DNA of 64,000 nt from NCBI GenBank assembly GCA_937880925.1, contig CALGGB010000065.1, positions 6,004 to 70,003 on the forward strand. The letters run 5' to 3'. The stretch's first letter is position 1, and the number at the start of each line of letters is the position of its first letter. This document shows positions 36,335 to 47,276 of the stretch, piece after piece. The notes under the pieces are model-generated. The model was not told where the DNA came from and did not search any database. It saw only the letters and a list, made by a program, of their open reading frames with translations. The position numbers and the translations under genes are program-made. Source of the stretch: an uncultured Rhodospirillaceae bacterium (GTDB taxonomy: Bacteria > Pseudomonadota > Alphaproteobacteria > SP197).

Positions 36335-37108
36335 ATGGCAGCCTCAGACCATACCGCAGCGCAGCCCGACCACGACTATGTCGTCGAACTGCGCCATGTT
36401 CACAAATGGTATGGCGAGTTCCATGTCCTGAAAGACATCAACCTGCAGGTCGGCCACGGCGAACGGGTCGTGGTCTGCGGCCCCTCGGGCTCGGGCAAGT
36501 CGACCATGATCCGCTGCATCAACCGGCTGGAGGAGCACCAGCGCGGCAATATCTTCGTCGAAGGCAACGAGCTGACCAACGACCTGCGCCAGGTCGACGC
36601 CATCCGCAAGGAAGTCGGCATGGTCTTCCAGCACTTCAACCTGTTCCCGCACATGACGGTGCTGGAGAATCTGATCCTGGGGCCGACCTGGGTGCGCAAG
36701 ATCCCGCGCAAGGATGCGATCGACACCGCCATGATGTATCTGGAGCGGGTCAAGATCCCCGAGCAGGCCAACAAGTTCCCGGGCCAGCTTTCGGGCGGCC
36801 AGCAGCAGCGCGTGGCGATCGCCCGCTCGCTGTGCATGAAACCCAAGATCATGCTCTTCGACGAGCCCACCAGCGCGCTTGATCCCGAGATGATCAAGGA
36901 GGTGCTCGACGTCATGATCGAGCTGGCCGAGGAAGGCATGACCATGATCTGCGTCACCCACGAGATGGGCTTTGCCCGCACCGTGGGCGATACCATGGTC
37001 TTCATGGATCAGGGCGAGATCGTCGAGATGTCGCCGCCCAGCGAATTCTTCGCCAACCCGAAGAACGAGCGCACCAAGCTGTTCCTGTCGCAGATCCTGT
37101 CGCACTGA
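36335..37108 (+). CDS. aapP: General L-amino acid ABC transporter ATP-binding protein
   Basis: 257 aa. Walker [10 protein letters not shown], signature LSGGQQQR, Walker [13 protein letters not shown]-loop VTHEMGFA. Confidence 0.9.
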   Translation: MAASDHTAAQPDHDYVVELRHVHKWYGEFHVLKDINLQVGHGERVVVCGPSGSGKSTMIRCINRLEEHQRGNIFVEGNELTNDLRQVDAIRKEVGMVFQHFNLFPHMTVLENLILGPTWVRKIPRKDAIDTAMMYLERVKIPEQANKFPGQLSGGQQQRVAIARSLCMKPKIMLFDEPTSALDPEMIKEVLDVMIELAEEGMTMICVTHEMGFARTVGDTMVFMDQGEIVEMSPPSEFFANPKNERTKLFLSQILSH

Positions 37109-37118
37109 CCGGCAGGTT

Positions 37119-37568
37119 ATGAGCGGCCTCTATCTCGAGGACTATGCCGTCGGGCAGAGGTTCACCAGCGCCAGCCGCACCGTCGACACCGAGGCGATCA
37201 CCACCTTCGCCCGCCAGTACGATCCCCAGCCATTTCACCTGGACGATGACGCCGCGCGCGCGACGATCTTCAGCGGTCTTGCGGCCAGCGGCTGGCACAC
37301 CGCGGTCCTCACCATCGGCCTGCTGCTGGAAAGCGATTTCGTGCCCGCCAGCGGCATCGTCGGCGCGGGTTTCGATGAGTTCCGCTGGCCCCAGCCCGTG
37401 CGTCCCGGCGACACCCTGCATGCCGAATGCGAGATCCTGGAGGTGCGGGAGTCCAGATCCCGGCCGGGCCAGGGCCTGATCAAGGTGAAAACCACCACGC
37501 TCAACCAGAAGGGCGAGCCGGTGCTGTTCTTCATCGGCAACCTGATGGTGCCTGGCCGTCCCGCGTGA
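37119..37568 (+). CDS. MaoC-like (R)-hydratase/dehydratase, hotdog fold
   Basis: 149 aa. ...DPQPFHLDDDAARATIFSGLAASGWHTA... is the MaoC dehydratase motif. Confidence 0.75.
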   Translation: MSGLYLEDYAVGQRFTSASRTVDTEAITTFARQYDPQPFHLDDDAARATIFSGLAASGWHTAVLTIGLLLESDFVPASGIVGAGFDEFRWPQPVRPGDTLHAECEILEVRESRSRPGQGLIKVKTTTLNQKGEPVLFFIGNLMVPGRPA

Positions 37569-37575
37569 GGCCCCT

Positions 37576-38238
37576 TCAGGCGCCGGGAATACCGCCTTCG
37601 ACCACGACCTTGACGAAAGCGTTGCTCGCGGGATCGAGCGCCGTGAGCTGGCCCGTGGCGATGGCGAACCAGGCGCCATGCAACTGCAGGCGCCCGTCGG
37701 CCACGCGCTCGGTGATGAAGGGGAAGGTCTTGAGGTTCTCCAGCGACTGACGGATGCCCTCTTCCTCCACCGCGCGCTGCAACTCCGCCGGTGATGACTC
37801 GCTGGCGGTGCGCAGGGCATGGCCGCGCGCGGCATTGAGCAGCGACATCCACTTGCCGATGAAGCCGCGCGGACTGCCGTCGCTGTGCAGGCCCTCAAGG
37901 AAAGCCCCGATACCGCCGCACTGGCCGTGGCCCATGACCACGATGTGCTCGACCTCCAGCCCGGTGACGGCAAATTCCAGCGCAGCACTGGTGCCATGGT
38001 AGTCGCCATGAGGCTCCCACGGCGGCACCAGATTGGCGACGTTGCGCAGCACGAACAGCTCGCCGGGTCCGGCGCTGAAGATCGTGGCGGGATCGACGCG
38101 ACTGTCGCAGCAGGCCACGATCATGATGCGCGGTGTCTGCCCCTCGCTCTCAAGACGGCGATAGACCGAGGATTCCTGGACATAGCGGTTTTCCAGAAAG
38201 GCCCGGTAGCCCTCCATCAGGCGCTCGACACCCTGCAT
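37576..38238 (-). CDS. Beta-class carbonic anhydrase
   Basis: About 220 aa from MQGVERLMEGY. Zn-ligand motifs CCDSRV and HGQCGG. The ORF-track entry is extended upstream; the start is taken at 38238. Confidence 0.8.
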   Translation of the reverse strand: MQGVERLMEGYRAFLENRYVQESSVYRRLESEGQTPRIMIVACCDSRVDPATIFSAGPGELFVLRNVANLVPPWEPHGDYHGTSAALEFAVTGLEVEHIVVMGHGQCGGIGAFLEGLHSDGSPRGFIGKWMSLLNAARGHALRTASESSPAELQRAVEEEGIRQSLENLKTFPFITERVADGRLQLHGAWFAIATGQLTALDPASNAFVKVVVEGGIPGA

Positions 38239-38369
38239 GCATCGTCTCCGTTGTCGTGTGCGGCCCAGATAGGTCGTTGTCCCGCTGATGGCAAGCGGCA
38301 GGCGTTCGTGGACGCCCCGGCGGGCGGACGTTACGATTCCTTCCACGCCACGCCACCACGGAGGCACCC

Positions 38370-39968
38370 ATGTCGATCGGCCGCCCGCTGCGCCTGCTCC
38401 AGGGCCTGTTTTTCGCCGCCATCCTGATGCTGGGGGCCGCCCCTGCCTGGGCACAGGCAATTCACCTGGGCAATGGCACAGAACCCGAAAGCCTGGACAT
38501 CCACCAATCCTCGGGTGTTTCGGAAGCCAACATCCAGCGCGACCTGTTCGAGGGGCTGATCGCCGAGGGGCCGGACGCCAGCCTTATCCCGGGCGCAGCC
38601 GAAAGCTGGGAGATCAGCGAGGACGGCACCCTCTATACCTTTCATCTGCGCGAGGACGCGGTGTGGTCGAACGGCGATCCGGTGACGGCGGGCGATTTCG
38701 TCTATGCCTTCCACCGGGGCCTCGCGCCCGAAACGGCAGCCGCCTATGCCTTCATTCTCTATCCCGTGCTGAACGCCGAGCAATATGTCGCCGGCGAGAT
38801 CGACGACCCCGACGCCGTCGGCATCCGGGCGATCGACGACAGGACGCTGGAGATCACGCTGAAGGCGCCGACCGCCTATTTCCTCGACATGCTGACCCAT
38901 CACATGGCCTATCCGCTCCATCGGGCCTCGGTCGAAGCCCATCCAGGCGACTGGACGCGGCCGGGCAACCTGGTCTCCAACGGCGCCTTCACCCTGGCCG
39001 AGTGGGCGCCCCAGTCCTTCATCCGCCTGGAGAAGAACCCGCGCTATCACGGCGCCGACGAGGTCGCGCTCGATGAGATCTTCTACTATCCGACCGAAGA
39101 CGAAGGCCAGGAACTGCAGCGCTACCGCGCAGGGGAGCTGGATGTCACCTACGACATTCCCGCCGACCAGATCGACTGGATCGTCGCCAACCTGAACGAC
39201 GAGTACCGCAACTATCCTTATCTCGGCACTTACTACTACGCGCTCAACACCACGATCGCGCCGTTTGCCGGAAATATCGGCCTGCGCAAGGCGCTCTCGC
39301 TGGCCATCGACCGCGAAGTCCTGACCCAGAAGATCACGCGGGCCGGCGAAATCCCCGCCTATTCCTTCGTGCCGCCCGGCGTCATGGGTTATCAGCAGCA
39401 GAGCGAGGATTGGGCCGACTGGACCCAGGAGGCGCGCAACGCACGGGCCAGGGAGCTTTATGCCGCGGCAGGCTACGGCCCCGACAACCCGCTCGAGATC
39501 GAAATTCTCTACAACACCAGCGACAACCACAAGAAGGTCGCCATCGCGATCGCGGCGATGTGGAAACAGACCCTGGGCGTGCAGACCACGCTGCGCAACG
39601 AGGAATGGAAGGCCTATCTTTCCAGCCGCGACGAAAAGAACTTCGAGATCGTGCGCGCCGGCTGGATCGGCGACTACAACGACGCCAACACCTTCCTCGA
39701 ACTCTTCGTTTCCGATGCCGGCATGATGAACAACCCCGGTTACGACAACCCGCGCTACGACGAACTGGTCAAGGGCGGCGCCTTCGAGACCGACCTTGCC
39801 GTGCGCGAGGGCATGCTGGAGGAGGCCGAACGGATCTTTCTTGAGGACAGTCCGCTGATCCCGATCTACTTCTACACCACCCAGCACATGGTGAAGCCCA
39901 CGGTCGGAGGCTGGATCGACAACATCAAGGACGTCCATCCCTCCCGCTTCCTCTCGGTGGACGGCTAG
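38370..39968 (+). CDS. Peptide/opp-family ABC transporter substrate-binding protein (SBP family 5)
   Basis: 532 aa. Signal peptide; OppA/DppA-like fold. Confidence 0.85.
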   Translation: MSIGRPLRLLQGLFFAAILMLGAAPAWAQAIHLGNGTEPESLDIHQSSGVSEANIQRDLFEGLIAEGPDASLIPGAAESWEISEDGTLYTFHLREDAVWSNGDPVTAGDFVYAFHRGLAPETAAAYAFILYPVLNAEQYVAGEIDDPDAVGIRAIDDRTLEITLKAPTAYFLDMLTHHMAYPLHRASVEAHPGDWTRPGNLVSNGAFTLAEWAPQSFIRLEKNPRYHGADEVALDEIFYYPTEDEGQELQRYRAGELDVTYDIPADQIDWIVANLNDEYRNYPYLGTYYYALNTTIAPFAGNIGLRKALSLAIDREVLTQKITRAGEIPAYSFVPPGVMGYQQQSEDWADWTQEARNARARELYAAAGYGPDNPLEIEILYNTSDNHKKVAIAIAAMWKQTLGVQTTLRNEEWKAYLSSRDEKNFEIVRAGWIGDYNDANTFLELFVSDAGMMNNPGYDNPRYDELVKGGAFETDLAVREGMLEEAERIFLEDSPLIPIYFYTTQHMVKPTVGGWIDNIKDVHPSRFLSVDG

Positions 39969-40005
39969 AAGGCGCGGGCCGGTTCCGGCCGGCCCGGTCG
40001 CGGCG

Positions 40006-40923
40006 ATGTTCTCCTATACCCTGCGGCGTCTGGCCGGGGCGGTGCCCACCGTCTTCGTGATCATCGCCATCGCGTTTTTCATGATCCGGCTGGCGCCAGG
40101 CGGCCCCTTCGACCAGGAACGCTCCGTGCCGGCCGAAATCCAGGCCAACCTGGAGCGTGCCTATCACCTGGACGAACCGCTGACGACGCAGTTCCTGCGC
40201 TATCTCGGCAACATCCTGACCGGGGATTTCGGACCCTCCTTCCGCTACAAGGACTTCACCGTCACCGAGCTTCTGGCCGACGGGTTTCCCGTCTCGCTCA
40301 AGCTTGGCCTGGCGGCCATGGTCATTGCGCTGATCGTGGGTTTTGCCGCCGGGGCCTATGCCGCGCTGCGGCGCAACTCCGCCTTCGATGCCGCGACCAT
40401 GACGCTGGCCATGACCGGCATCGCCGTGCCCAATTTCGTCGTCGCGCCGCTGCTGACGCTGACCCTTGGGGTCTGGCTCGCCCTGCTGCCGGTGGGCGGC
40501 TGGGGCAGCTTCGACCAGGCGATCCTGCCCGTGGTGGCGCTCGCCATGCCCGAGATCGCCTACATCGCGCGCCTGACGCGGGGCAGCATGCTGGAAGTGC
40601 TGCGCGCCGATTTCGTGCGCACCGCCCGCGCCAAGGGGCTTTCCGAACGCGCCATGGTGCTGCGCCACGCCCTGCAGGCCGCGGCCCTGCCGGTCCTCTC
40701 GTTCCTCGGTCCCACCACGGCGGCTGTCATCACCGGTTCGGTCGTCATCGAGCAGATCTTCGGCATCCCCGGCATCGGGCGCCACTTCGTGCAGGGCGCG
40801 CTCAACCGCGACTACACGCTGGTGATGGGGGTGGTGATCTTCTATGCGGTGGTCATCATCGCCTTCAACCTGCTGGTCGATCTGCTCTATCCCCTGTTCG
40901 ACCCAAGGGTACGCCATGATTGA
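40006..40923 (+). CDS. Peptide ABC transporter permease (OppB/DppB-like)
   Basis: 305 aa. BPD_transp_1 with the EAA loop region ...EVLRADFVRTARAKGLSERAMVLRHALQ. Confidence 0.85.
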   Translation: MFSYTLRRLAGAVPTVFVIIAIAFFMIRLAPGGPFDQERSVPAEIQANLERAYHLDEPLTTQFLRYLGNILTGDFGPSFRYKDFTVTELLADGFPVSLKLGLAAMVIALIVGFAAGAYAALRRNSAFDAATMTLAMTGIAVPNFVVAPLLTLTLGVWLALLPVGGWGSFDQAILPVVALAMPEIAYIARLTRGSMLEVLRADFVRTARAKGLSERAMVLRHALQAAALPVLSFLGPTTAAVITGSVVIEQIFGIPGIGRHFVQGALNRDYTLVMGVVIFYAVVIIAFNLLVDLLYPLFDPRVRHD

Positions 40924-41779
40924 GGCGCTGGCCGCCCCTCCCCGCTCGCCCTGGCGCGATGCCGGCGTACGCCTGCTGCGCAACCGGGCGGCGATCGTTT
41001 CGTGCGTTGTGCTGGCGATGATCGCGGCGGCCTGTGCCCTGGTGCCTTCGTTTGCCCAATGGCCGCTCGATGCGGTGGACTGGTCGGCGATTCAGGCGCC
41101 GCCCTCGGCAGAGCACTGGTTCGGCACCGATGGCAATGGCCGCGACCTGTTCGTGCGCATCTTCTACGGCGGGCGCATCTCGCTCACCCTGGGCCTGGCC
41201 GCAACCCTGGTCGCCGTCATCATCGGCGTAGCCTGGGGCGCCACGGCAGGCTACGCCGGCGGCGCCGTCGACGGCCTGATGATGCGCGCCGTGGACGTGC
41301 TTTATGCCCTGCCCTTCATGTTCTTCGTCATCCTGCTGATGGTGTTCTTCGGGCGCGACATGGTGCTGATGTTCATCGCCCTGGGTGCGGTCTCCTGGCT
41401 CGACATGGCACGTATCGTGCGCGGCCAGACCCTGACCCTGAAGCGGCGTGAATTCGTGCGCGCGGCCCATGCCATGGGCGCACGCCCCACCGCCGTGGTC
41501 GTCCGCCACATCGTGCCGAACCTGCTGGGCCCGGTTGCGGTTTTTGCCACGCTGACGGTGCCCCGCGTCATCCTCTTCGAATCCCTGCTTTCGTTTCTGG
41601 GCCTTGGCGTGCAGGAACCGATGACAAGCTGGGGCGTGCTCATCTCCGAGGGCGCCAGCGCCATGGAATCGGCACCGTGGATGCTGCTCTTTCCCGCCGT
41701 CTTTCTCGCGACCACCCTTTTTGCCCTAAACTTCATCGGCGATGGCCTGCGCGACGCGCTGGATCCCCGCGACCATTAG
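40916..41779 (+). CDS. Peptide ABC transporter permease (OppC/DppC-like)
   Basis: 287 aa from MIEALAAPP. N-terminal OppC_N-like region plus BPD_transp_1. Overlaps the preceding permease by 8 nt. Confidence 0.85.
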   Translation: MIEALAAPPRSPWRDAGVRLLRNRAAIVSCVVLAMIAAACALVPSFAQWPLDAVDWSAIQAPPSAEHWFGTDGNGRDLFVRIFYGGRISLTLGLAATLVAVIIGVAWGATAGYAGGAVDGLMMRAVDVLYALPFMFFVILLMVFFGRDMVLMFIALGAVSWLDMARIVRGQTLTLKRREFVRAAHAMGARPTAVVVRHIVPNLLGPVAVFATLTVPRVILFESLLSFLGLGVQEPMTSWGVLISEGASAMESAPWMLLFPAVFLATTLFALNFIGDGLRDALDPRDH

Positions 41780-41788
41780 GAGACTGCC

Positions 41789-42382
41789 ATGCCACGGACC
41801 CTCGCCATCCTCGTTTTCGAGGGCTTCGAACCGCTCGACGTCGTCGGTCCTTTCGAGGCTTTCCTGTGCGCCGACGACGAGGCAGGCAACCCGCTCTTCA
41901 ATGTCGGACTGGTCGCCGCCACGGAAGGTCCCGTCACCGCGACCGGCCGCTTGGTGATGACGCCGCGCTGGAGTTTCGACACCCTGCCCCACACCGACAT
42001 CCTGCTGGTGCCGGGTGGCGACGGCACCGAGGCCGTCTGCGGCGACCGGGCCATGCTCGAATGGGTCACGGCCCGCGACAGCGAGGCTGAAATGACCCTT
42101 TCGGTGTGTACCGGCGCCCAGGTGCTGGCCTCGGCCGGCCTGCTGAAGGGCCTGAAGGCGACGACCTACTGGAAGTGCTACGACTGGCTGCGCAGCATCG
42201 ATCCCACGATCGAGGTGATGGAGGGCGCGCGCTGGGCCGACAACGGCCGCATCGTCTGTTCCTCGGGCGTCTCGGCGGGCATCGACATGGCGCTCCATGT
42301 CATCGGCCGGCTGCACGGCCAGACCTGCGCCGACACCACTGCCCGCGCCATGGAATACGAACACTGGCCGCTGCGGGATTGA
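41789..42382 (+). CDS. DJ-1/PfpI (ThiJ) family protein
   Basis: 197 aa. Nucleophile-elbow cysteine LSVCTGAQVLASAGLL. Confidence 0.8.
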   Translation: MPRTLAILVFEGFEPLDVVGPFEAFLCADDEAGNPLFNVGLVAATEGPVTATGRLVMTPRWSFDTLPHTDILLVPGGDGTEAVCGDRAMLEWVTARDSEAEMTLSVCTGAQVLASAGLLKGLKATTYWKCYDWLRSIDPTIEVMEGARWADNGRIVCSSGVSAGIDMALHVIGRLHGQTCADTTARAMEYEHWPLRD

Positions 42383-42586
42383 ACATCGCGCTTGTGGACG
42401 CAGGCTCTCGCCCGTCCTCGCGTCGCCACCGCGAAGGCGGGGACCTGTACGCACGGACGCAGAGGCAAGAGATGCGGCCCTAGAGCAGATCATCCTTATG
42501 CGGAATCGCTTCGCGATTGCGCTGAAGGATGTGAATTTGCTCTATCTCGTCGATGTAGAGCGTATTCATGGAGGCCCGCGGCCCGC

Positions 42587-44383
<1,797 letters not shown>

Positions 44384-44494
44384 GGCCGGGGCAATAGCAC
44401 GTCCGGTGCCGACCGCGCACCTCCTCTGCGCCTGCTTGCCCCGCCCGGAAGCCGGTGACAGGATGCTGGCTGGTTACCGTCGAGGGGATGCGAC

Positions 44495-45682
44495 ATGACC
44501 GAACTCACTGATCTGGAATCCATCGTTGCCGACATGCTGGAGGACGTTTCGCGTCCCACGGCACAGGCGCGCGGCCTGCCGGGCCTTGCCTTCCACGATC
44601 CGGCCTTCCTGGAGATGGAGAACCGGAGGCTGTTTCCCCGCTGCTGGGTCGCCGCGGGTGCCGCCAGCGACATTCCCGAGCCGGGCGATGCCCGCCCGGT
44701 AGAGGTCGCGGGCCTGCCGCTGGTGCTGCTGCGCGACCGCGACGGCGCCGTGCGCGCCTTTCACAACGTCTGCCGTCACCGCGCCATGACCGTGGTCAGC
44801 GAACCCTGCAAGGGCCTGAAGACCCTGCGCTGCCCCTGGCATGCCTGGTCCTATGCGCTGGACGGCCGTCTGGTCGCCACGCCCAACCTGGGCGGCATCG
44901 GCAAGGGCGAGGCCGAGGGTTTCGACAAGGGCGACCTGGGCCTCAAACCCGTGCGCGCGGGCGAATGGCTGGGCATCGTCTTCGTCAACATCGACGGGCT
45001 GGCGGAGCCCCTGGAGCACCACACCGGACCGTTGCAGCAGCGCTTTTCGGCCTTCGACTTCTCCTGCCTCCAGCATGGCGCCACCACCGAGCGCATCTTC
45101 GAGGCCAACTGGAAACTCGCCATCGAGGGCGGCATCGAGGATTACCACCTGCCCTGGGTGCATCCCCAGGCGGTGAACGGCGATGGCGTGGTCTGGACGC
45201 CGCGCACCGAATGGGACGCGCGCCACTATGTCGGCGTTTCCGGCAAGATCGCCAGGGAGGGTACCGGCCCGGCAGTCGAGGACAGCCGCCGCAAGGGCAC
45301 GCTGCCGACCTTCCCGAACCTGCCTGCCGACGTCGACACGAACGGCAGCTTCATCTGCCAGTTCCCCAATCTGGGCGTGGGCGTCTTCCACGATCATGTG
45401 GTGACGACCATCTTCACGCCGCTGGGGCCCGATCGCACCCATGCGCGCAAGGACTACTTCTTCGTCGGCGATGCCGCGACCGATCCCGCGCTGGCGGAGG
45501 CGCGTGCCGAGGTCATCGCGGGCTGGATCACCATCGGCGACCAGGACAAGCCGCTGGTCGAGCAGGTCCACCGCAACCACAAGGCGCGTGGGCGCGCGGG
45601 TATCGACACGGTTTTTTCGCCCTACTGGGAAGGCGCGGTGCAACATTTCCAGAAAACCGTGGCAAGCTACCTCGTCGACTGA
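44495..45682 (+). CDS. Rieske [2Fe-2S] aromatic-ring-hydroxylating oxygenase, alpha subunit
   Basis: 395 aa. Rieske motif CRHR...CPWHAW. C-terminal catalytic domain with mononuclear-iron region (DYHLPWVHP). Confidence 0.75.
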   Translation: MTELTDLESIVADMLEDVSRPTAQARGLPGLAFHDPAFLEMENRRLFPRCWVAAGAASDIPEPGDARPVEVAGLPLVLLRDRDGAVRAFHNVCRHRAMTVVSEPCKGLKTLRCPWHAWSYALDGRLVATPNLGGIGKGEAEGFDKGDLGLKPVRAGEWLGIVFVNIDGLAEPLEHHTGPLQQRFSAFDFSCLQHGATTERIFEANWKLAIEGGIEDYHLPWVHPQAVNGDGVVWTPRTEWDARHYVGVSGKIAREGTGPAVEDSRRKGTLPTFPNLPADVDTNGSFICQFPNLGVGVFHDHVVTTIFTPLGPDRTHARKDYFFVGDAATDPALAEARAEVIAGWITIGDQDKPLVEQVHRNHKARGRAGIDTVFSPYWEGAVQHFQKTVASYLVD

Positions 45683-45703
45683 TCCTTCGAGAAAGCCACA
45701 TCC

Positions 45704-46645
45704 TTGCCCCAGACCCGTGTGAACCTTTCGCTCACGCCGCGTGAGCGCTGGCTGCGCCGCGCCTGGATCTGGGCGGTAATGCTGTTCTGCGGCGGTATCT
45801 GGGGCCTGGTGCCGACGCTGGCCAAGACTGCCATCGAGGACGGCGCCCATCCCATCGGCCTGACCTGGTGGCAGGGCATCGGCGGCGGCGTACTGCTGTT
45901 GGTGATAAACCTGCTGCGCGGCAAGCGCCTGCCGCTCGACCGCCGGCACCTGCTGTTCTATGGCTTCTGCGGCCTGATCGGCACGATCATGCCCACAATG
46001 GCGCTATTCTACGCCGCGCCCCACGTTTCAGCCGGCGTGATGGCGATCCTGATGGCCGCCGTGCCGATCGGCGCCTATGTCTTTGCCCTGATGCTGCGCA
46101 TCGACCGGCTGGAGTGGCTGCGCAGTCTGGGCATTGCGCTGGGCATCGTCGGCGTGGCCCTGCTGGTGCTGCCCGGATCGAACGGCGGCATCTCGCCCTG
46201 GTGGGCGCTGGTCGCCCTGCTCATCCCGCTGGGTTATGCCGCCGAGAACATCTTCGTGGCGATCCGCAGCCCGCGCGAGACCGACACCACCACGCTGGTC
46301 TGCGGCATGGTGCTGACCGGCGGCATCCTGATCACGCCGGTCATGCTGGCGACCGGCACCTTTTATCCCATCAGCTTTCCGCTCACCGACGCGGCGCTCT
46401 CGATCGGCGCCATCATCGTCGTCAACGTGCTGAGCTATGCCGCCTTCCTGCTGCTGATCTACGCGGCGGGGCCGGTGTTTGCCTCGATGTCGGGTTATGC
46501 CACGGTGCTATCGGGTATCCTATGGGGCGTCGTCTTCCTGGGCGAGAGTCACGGCATGGTCTTCTGGGTGGCGCTCGCCACCATGTTCGTCGGCATGGCC
46601 ATGGTCCGCGAGCGGGCGGTGGCGCTCGATCCCGTGGCGACCTGA
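45704..46645 (+). CDS. DMT-superfamily (EamA-like) transporter
   Basis: 313 aa, 10 TM helices, two EamA-like halves. Confidence 0.7.
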   Translation: MPQTRVNLSLTPRERWLRRAWIWAVMLFCGGIWGLVPTLAKTAIEDGAHPIGLTWWQGIGGGVLLLVINLLRGKRLPLDRRHLLFYGFCGLIGTIMPTMALFYAAPHVSAGVMAILMAAVPIGAYVFALMLRIDRLEWLRSLGIALGIVGVALLVLPGSNGGISPWWALVALLIPLGYAAENIFVAIRSPRETDTTTLVCGMVLTGGILITPVMLATGTFYPISFPLTDAALSIGAIIVVNVLSYAAFLLLIYAAGPVFASMSGYATVLSGILWGVVFLGESHGMVFWVALATMFVGMAMVRERAVALDPVAT

Positions 46646-46649
46646 AGGC

Positions 46650-47225
46650 TCAGTCCTCGCCGCGCGCGATGTCCTCGGCGGCTTCGATGTCAGGCGCCTC
46701 AATGACCTTCCGGCAGAGTTCCAGGCCGTAACCCTTGCGCGCCAGGGCCGCCATGTCGCGGTCGTGGCGTTCCTCGCGCTCCTCGGCCTTGCGCCAGGGT
46801 CCGAGGCGACGGCGGCGGGCGTAGGCGACGGCGGCGGCGACATCGTCGTTCTCGGGTTCATCGAGATCAAGGGCGGCCTCCACCGTCTCGCGCGGCACGC
46901 CCTTGGCCGACAGCTTCATCGCGATGCCGCGGGTCGATTCCCCCTGGCGGCGCAGGGAGACGACCCGGCCCTCGGCATAGGCCCTGTCGTTGAGCGCCCC
47001 GGCGCGCTGGAGTCTGGCCACCACCTCCTCGATCCAGGCGGCGGCCTGCTCCTCGTCCACCGCGCCCTCTTCCTCGGACAGACGAGCGGCCTTCCAGACC
47101 TTGCGGGCTAGCACCCGGCGCAGGTTCTCGCTGGAGGTGGCGTAGCGCTCCAGATGGTGGAGGGCGGCCCGTTCCAGGTACTGGGGCGTGATGCGGCGGG
47201 GGCGTTTGCGGCGCTTTTCCTGCAT
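46650..47225 (-). CDS. recX: RecA regulator RecX
   Basis: About 191 aa from MQEKRRKRPRRITPQYLERAALHHLERYATSSENLRRVL... Typical RecX three-repeat helical protein. No recA adjacent. Confidence 0.75.
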   Translation of the reverse strand: MQEKRRKRPRRITPQYLERAALHHLERYATSSENLRRVLARKVWKAARLSEEEGAVDEEQAAAWIEEVVARLQRAGALNDRAYAEGRVVSLRRQGESTRGIAMKLSAKGVPRETVEAALDLDEPENDDVAAAVAYARRRRLGPWRKAEEREERHDRDMAALARKGYGLELCRKVIEAPDIEAAEDIARGED

Positions 47226-47276
47226 GGCTCCTAGGTAGCAGAAGCGGCCAAGAAAGGCTCGCCTCACCCCGGTGCT

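Noticed and set aside
38331-39938. 535-aa ORF on the - strand
   Set aside because: Antisense to the opp-like substrate-binding protein gene.
42383-42586. Lower-GC intergenic patch with a short palindrome (AATCGC-ttc-GCGATT) between the DJ-1 and ABC-F genes
   Set aside because: The stem is too short and there is no T-tract. It is probably just the convergent 3' ends of two genes, with no clear element.
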